Source: Candidatus Heimdallarchaeota archaeon (lineage in GTDB: Archaea; Asgardarchaeota; Wukongarchaeia; Wukongarchaeales; JBHIFL01). From it: a stretch of DNA of 41,353 nucleotides. Made by a program: the position numbers and the translations under genes. The notes under the pieces were generated by a model, which was not told where the DNA came from, did no database searches, and saw only the letters and a program-made list of their open reading frames with translations. The stretch spans positions 1-41,353 of the forward strand of contig JBHIFL010000038.1 of the NCBI GenBank assembly GCA_046761065.1, given 5' to 3'. Of the stretch, positions 39,401 through 41,353 are shown one piece after another (the stretch's first letter is position 1; each line of letters starts with the position of its first letter).

Positions 39401-40614
39401 TCACATTCAGTTTCTTTATTTCATTTGGCCCACTCTGGTACGCAGTTGGAATGCTTAATGCGTTCAAACGGTATGGTCGGATGACTATCATTTTTGCAGG
39501 GGGAGTGTGCTTTGGATATTCCCTCGCAATGCTGTTTGCAACGACAGGACAACCAACTCTCCTTGTAGGCCTTGCATATGGTGCTGGGTACCTCCTCGCT
39601 GCTATTGGAATCTTCATCTATCTTTTCACGTCCTTGCTCTCAACCCCATGGATTCAAAAGATGAGCGAAGAGGAAATTCGATATTTCTTAGCCCTTCTAA
39701 CAGAACCACGTAGATCCGATACTCTAAAGACCATCCAAGAGAAGACTAGCCTACAACCCCCTTTAACAGAAGATGCTGTTACCCTTCTCAAAGATGGATT
39801 AAAGCTTAGATTGAAGGAGGGGAAGAGTGAACTATCTTTGCGAAGAGTATATGCCAAGAATTCTTGGTTGATTATTGGAGCTATTTGCTACGCGACTTTT
39901 ATTTGGATCGATCGGATCTTCGTTTGGTTCGTGACAGGTCAACAAACAAGTGGTTACGTGCTGGCGATCAATTCAATCTATGAGATTGGTGTGAACATTG
40001 GATTCTGGGTACTCCTGTTTACCACGGGAATGATCGCATTCGCATTTCGAGACTTTTCAGATCGGTACATACAGGCGACGAACCGTCTCTACTCAGACAA
40101 ACTTGACACTATCGAGTCAGGATTGTCTGAACTTGCGGGAAATGTCTTTACCCAGCTACTGAAGATTATTCTGATGGCTGGCATCATAGCGGTTATATTA
40201 TTCGTCAATGCGTCCCAGATTCTCACAATATTCCGAGTTGGGAGTGTAGTAGGTGAAGCTGATGCGCCATATGCAGTTCCAGATATTACACACCCAAGTA
40301 TGGCCTTTACAAGTCCTTCAGTAGTTGTACTTCGCATAGCAGCTATTGATGCGGTGTTTATAGCCATCTTTCTTTACACGCACCTTGGCTTGTCATACTT
40401 GGCGATGTACAAAAAGGCCGCATTAGTTCTTATAATTGCACTTGGAGTGGCGACCCCTCTGGTATTAGTCATTATTACGAACTTTGCTATATATTATGCC
40501 GTCCTAGGTCATCTAGCAGGGTCAGTCGTGGCAGCTGGTGTGGGTATTGTGTTTTTGCGAAAAGAATTGAAACCTGAAACAATAATTCACCGGTATGTTG
40601 CTCCCCAACTTTGA
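36463..40614 (+). CDS. Fusion protein: signal peptide + CE4/NodB polysaccharide deacetylase + Ig/PKD-like domains + TM + PelG-like multi-TM polysaccharide exporter
   Basis: CE4 motifs LRNDD (about aa 252), SHSWTHP (about 317), FIVPNN and GTHG; NHRPTAMINSP..G.GADVDG..L.Y.WSS (about 718); PelG-like SNGPW (about 874), R.VSDYY, WIDRIFVW (about 1148) and YE.G; about 12-13 TM helices. Confidence 0.8.
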   Translation: MKRLIKISIIFSLIFLASFLSYEPVHAQKCMESLNTALSDNQSKPIRVALMWNSELPPDDYMYRDLEIVKDIFHHWKIAPLDLVDLSSGLNIQTLAETYSTIILPSVELLSPFLPFPLANGTIDVITSAIVNYSINIILANVQPVFDFANPIYEAAFDMKTDGSTFVIGERYEQLFKFHEEPNDWIIARSGHNVVLHESLLSYWWGLCGYDERIELGMNEDFTATDFFNVLGIALPEAIAWILGVPAFTLRNDDIYIESWNFDSGFEGLKNYVEFMGREAGWVEASNGIVGLYDQETNYASAPYQRKLGDYGMLVSHSWTHPFLSTLSLEEQIEELANTKDYLAKMYPDEFDPSLFIVPNNDWNQLTLVALNMTGHSMFTAARFRDVLEYISSPAKKEVFLQYGWYTTEYEGKEYSVYGFPWMYAYDANSSTPQGVEDLSRTPEGWVTEDYARGGFAETRRTLFEFYYPLMIGTHGVYQAWEHWENWEIITRNIIQGLHGGEIPYLRVAETAESIRDVKNLEKVTMESAFYDDSGITLTLTNPGPELRNMVLFANSLEPNYIAHVLVDDSLHIGFGDNYVFIPSFSGSLKVRIQLTSSSSPIPTTPILRGITVGGLEKASFTNSEVEIEISGRANPVYFATTILSLDLSGIDQEESVQRIYVQGEEGTRGIYQIADLRHGWDGWNYNADTRMLRIKARIFGKEQVRILLSGQPSPTINHRPTAMINSPLNGSIFTGNAAITLQGGGADVDGDSLIYFWSSSLDGDLGNSPTLQINGADLSPGNHAIMLIVAENGPHYTFADRTSINIYISSRTIINPIIQNILQIVAIIGLVLVILPLIVRRRAKRPESKRSRKEEIMLEPLTLWKILYQIFLSNGPWLFATAFFLILGMAFMMVLDFPEKKIMSFSLGIATPISLILSGWLVGLSIRTVSDYYIENQIFSSRYSMKRFLMIALTALILIGLAMFAIMQYLDFSLELTLLTFSFFISFGPLWYAVGMLNAFKRYGRMTIIFAGGVCFGYSLAMLFATTGQPTLLVGLAYGAGYLLAAIGIFIYLFTSLLSTPWIQKMSEEEIRYFLALLTEPRRSDTLKTIQEKTSLQPPLTEDAVTLLKDGLKLRLKEGKSELSLRRVYAKNSWLIIGAICYATFIWIDRIFVWFVTGQQTSGYVLAINSIYEIGVNIGFWVLLFTTGMIAFAFRDFSDRYIQATNRLYSDKLDTIESGLSELAGNVFTQLLKIILMAGIIAVILFVNASQILTIFRVGSVVGEADAPYAVPDITHPSMAFTSPSVVVLRIAAIDAVFIAIFLYTHLGLSYLAMYKKAALVLIIALGVATPLVLVIITNFAIYYAVLGHLAGSVVAAGVGIVFLRKELKPETIIHRYVAPQL

Positions 40615-40830
40615 ATTGCAAACAATTAATGCCTACTTAATTTTCTCTGTTGCTAATTCACACATCCCCTTATTGAAGGGACAGTGCAAGAAAAGGGTCC
40701 TTTAAACCTTCTTGTGATATCATGCCCCACAATTCACACGGAGAACTTTAAAAACAAAGGTATAAAAAAAACTGTGGAATTAATCATCTATAGAACTTGT
40801 TATTTAATAATGTTGCAGTAGGTGAATGCT

Positions 40831-41199
40831 TTGCCTGTCTGCCCCTCATGTTTTGCCTACTACGTCCGTTCTCCTTGTCCCTATTGTGCAGATAAAGGGC
40901 ATCCCAGAATCTCTGAATCACAATTTGAGAGTTTGAAACCGTCAAGTGAAGTTGCGACTGAGGAAAAAGCCATACGAAGGCAAGTAACAGATCTTCAAGG
41001 CAAGGTTGAGTTACTTCAGACAGAGAATCAAAGACAGAAAGAGGAAATCACTGAAAAAAATCGCGTGATTGCAGGATTAGAGTCCGAATTACGTTCCGTT
41101 CAGGATGATCGAGACTTTTTACTTAGTAAGATTGCAGAATTGGAAGGTAAAGACAAAGAAGTCATTGCTCCAGAAACAGTACAGGACACAAATGATTAG
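40831..41199 (+). CDS. Small N-terminal C4 Zn-finger + coiled-coil protein
   Basis: [M]PVCPSC..YY..PCPYC followed by heptads; TTG 40831 is 5 nt after AGGTGA. Confidence 0.75.
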   Translation: MPVCPSCFAYYVRSPCPYCADKGHPRISESQFESLKPSSEVATEEKAIRRQVTDLQGKVELLQTENQRQKEEITEKNRVIAGLESELRSVQDDRDFLLSKIAELEGKDKEVIAPETVQDTND

Positions 41200-41353
41200 A
41201 TTTGCCAAATTGTATTAAAAATTAACCAGAATGTTCGTGATGTCCTTCTTAAGTCACTCCTCCATACATTAATGCTGGCGCAATTTTTCATCATGTCCAA
41301 AAAGAGACGCGAAACAGGCGTCCGCCTAATTTTCGTAAGGAAATTTTTTTACG

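Noticed and set aside
1-41353. tRNA/rRNA genes, IS elements, integrases, CRISPR arrays and defence systems
   Set aside because: No cloverleaf, transposase or integrase motif, or repeat-spacer array was seen by eye; small ncRNAs cannot be excluded without a covariance search.
41291-41353. Possible 3' end of a minus-strand gene (RKKISLRKLGGRLFRVSFWT*)
   Set aside because: Too short at the window edge to support.

Overview
This is a 41 kb chromosomal segment from an archaeon. The evidence is a TBP gene, an archaeal-type AspRS, a TET/M42 peptidase, a PAC2 proteasome chaperone, PEF-CTERM-like surface anchors, GGTGA/GGAGG ribosome-binding sites and TTTATATA boxes. A tandem Roadblock/LC7 protein, a DUF6125 protein and several coiled-coil/wHTH proteins suggest an Asgard archaeon, possibly Heimdallarchaeia-like (inference). 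Positions 1-16.4 kb hold housekeeping and signalling genes plus a LivKFHMG-type ABC importer whose binding protein resembles the class C GPCR Venus-flytrap domain. Positions 16.4-27 kb are an accessory, partly decaying region: an ANT(6)-like pseudogene, a penicillin acylase, a DUF3179 pseudogene, a UxaA/SuyB gene with an ATA start, and panE. A PAC2-Hsp20-Hsp20 proteostasis operon follows. The standout is a Pel-like exopolysaccharide locus at 31.7-41.2 kb. It encodes a PelF-type GT4, a long coiled-coil/wHTH protein, a TackOD1 multi-Zn protein, and a 1383-aa fusion of a secreted CE4 deacetylase, Ig/PKD-like domains and a PelG-like multi-TM exporter with a wHTH-like insertion; a small Zn-finger/coiled-coil protein lies downstream. 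No PelD (c-di-GMP receptor), PelE or PelBC is visible in the window. No rRNA, tRNA, CRISPR array or transposase was recognised. All family calls come from motif recognition by eye; no database searches were run.
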